A stretch of 64,000 nucleotides of DNA, from NCBI GenBank assembly GCA_965285935.1, contig CBDIWN010000008.1, forward strand, positions 248,001 to 312,000, written 5' to 3'. The notes beneath the pieces are model-generated. The model saw only the letters and a list, made by a program, of their open reading frames with translations. It was not told the DNA's origin and ran no database searches. Below are positions 62,306 through 64,000 of this stretch, piece after piece. Position 1 is the first letter of the stretch. Each line of letters begins with the position of its first letter. A program made the position numbers and the translations under genes. The stretch is from Ophelia neglecta. Lineage: Eukaryota.

Positions 62306-64000
62306 TATCTAATTGCACGTTCACACACCTCCGTAAGTGTGTTTATTGTGAACACTATACTGGGCAGAAGTGAGGTTCAGGTATGCCTACATTCAATACT
62401 GACAATTATAAAGATATTTACTTCCTGGTGTCCGAGCGGTCGCCTGAAAGTAAATACACCAGTCCACATCCCGTTGAACAAACATAAAGAACACGAAGAA
62501 AGCGTGTTTGCAGTCATGTTAAATATTTTTAGAAGTTCAAGTTCTGCTGAATAATTCTTCGTCAATTGGTACTAAGCGCCCTAGAACATGAATTTGCAAG
62601 TAACGCTTTACATATATTGCGTCTAATAGATAATGTTGTATAGTTGTAAAAATATAATATATTGAAGTGGAAATCCCGTGGGTTGAATTTCGATATACAC
62701 TGGGATATGAATTGGGTTATAACTTCTTACCCAGTGAGGGACGGGGTTATAACGATGATTAAGTCTACAGACATATATGAAACAATGAACCGCCGGAGCA
62801 GGGACACACACTGCTCGGCGAAGTAAATACACAGACAAACAAATAAAGCTACCCTAGTGTGTGTCTGGATAAATTATAGCATAAATGTAAATTATAACAT
62901 GAATGAAGATAGGATGGTGGTCGATAAAGTCTATAGGTGGTCTGTACATACGGTGGCGGATCCAGGAGTTCAGGAAGGGGTGGGGGGGGGGGGAATTTTT
63001 CCAAGGCTGACAAGACAAATGTCTGGATTGTCCCTGTTACCAACCTCAAGTGGGTCCAGAAATAGGCCCTAGTCCGGGCCCACTTTTCGTAAAATGGGGG
63101 GGGGGGGGGGAGGCGGGCCCCCTGCCGAGAGGAGAAATCTTCGATGTACTTTCCACCCAGTTCTGCCCATGCGCAGACTCAGTTTTGTCAAGCGTCCCCC
63201 GAAACCGCATGCCTGGGCTTTGACTCCGCGCTAAGCTGGCGTTTGACAGTAGCTCCCTTGACTTAATATTCCCATTAGATTGAGAAACATCACTACTAAC
63301 AGTGTTAATTATTTCACATTCCTTTCGCCAGCTGGCGCTGCATGTTGCATATCGCGCTTAGCATTTATGGCTTCTGTGAACAAATATATTCCCGTGGGCC
63401 GAATTGCCTGCTGGTCCGGCTTCACAAGCGTGTTTTTCCTTCAGTCCAATTTTAATTTTTAGAACGACTTAATCGGATCAATGGCCGTGAAGTTTCTAAA
63501 TCCCTATTCTATATTAAAGGGCTATTTTTCATCAACTATTGATGAATGCGTAAGACATAGCCAAATGAGGCAATGATTGTAAATACTTAAATTAATATCT
63601 TCTCTGTTATATGAATAAACGGCCAGGAGAAGTATTGGCACAATTGGGGATCCCCTAGCTTCCCCTCTTGCATCGATAAATTATGAGATTGATGGTAATA
63701 GCCATTTTTAATTGAGATTTTCTTGCATCTCGAACAATTTAACATCGTAGTTCGGCCTTCAATTAAATCTTTTAAATTATATTTATATATATCCAGGGTG
63801 GAACCATGTTTATTTATCTGGATTGAATCATATTAATTTATTTAGGATAACCTTAATGTACATGTAGCCGGTATTAAGGACCAGGCCAGGCCGGCGGTGT
63901 TTTGGCTATATAAGGGAGTGGCACTATGTGGTAATACATTGTTTAAGCAAAGTACATTAGGTATTTGCCTCATGAGACATAGACATCACATGGGTAGAAT

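Overview
AT-rich, intron-rich animal genomic DNA, most likely from a lophotrochozoan or other invertebrate (inferred from gene and transposon content). The window is dominated by three tandem minus-strand paralogs that share one ectodomain: signal peptide, EGF-like, F-type (fuco)lectin domain, Cys-rich module, EGF repeats and FN3. Copy 1 (985-19030, 25 exons, ~1227 aa by manual splicing) ends in tandem protein-tyrosine-phosphatase domains (D1 catalytic, D2 degenerate). Copy 2 (24855-34179, 10 exons, ~650 aa, intact) has a different TM exon and a short tail. That tail carries a canonical ITAM assembled across a splice junction (YANL-x7-YEQL), an overlapping NPxY and a YEEI motif. Copy 3 (54022-62305) is a copy-2-type gene with three frameshifts and two extra EGF repeats, followed by an orphan duplicate of the two tail exons. 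The main candidate discovery is a paired-receptor-like cluster: near-identical lectin ectodomains coupled either to a phosphatase or to a kinase-recruiting ITAM tail, with mosaic ectodomain sequence and divergence concentrated in the lectin exon. Interspersed are an internally deleted Academ (XPG-type) DNA transposon, an RTE-X-like LINE with an inverted endonuclease fragment, a CR1-group LINE and an L1/Tx1 relic. A TIR-bounded composite element holds 121-bp and 32-bp tandem arrays and a Penelope-like element with a minimal hammerhead ribozyme. There is also a single-exon ankyrin-SOCS-box gene and a 154-N assembly gap. All exon models and counts were made by eye; no database searches were run.
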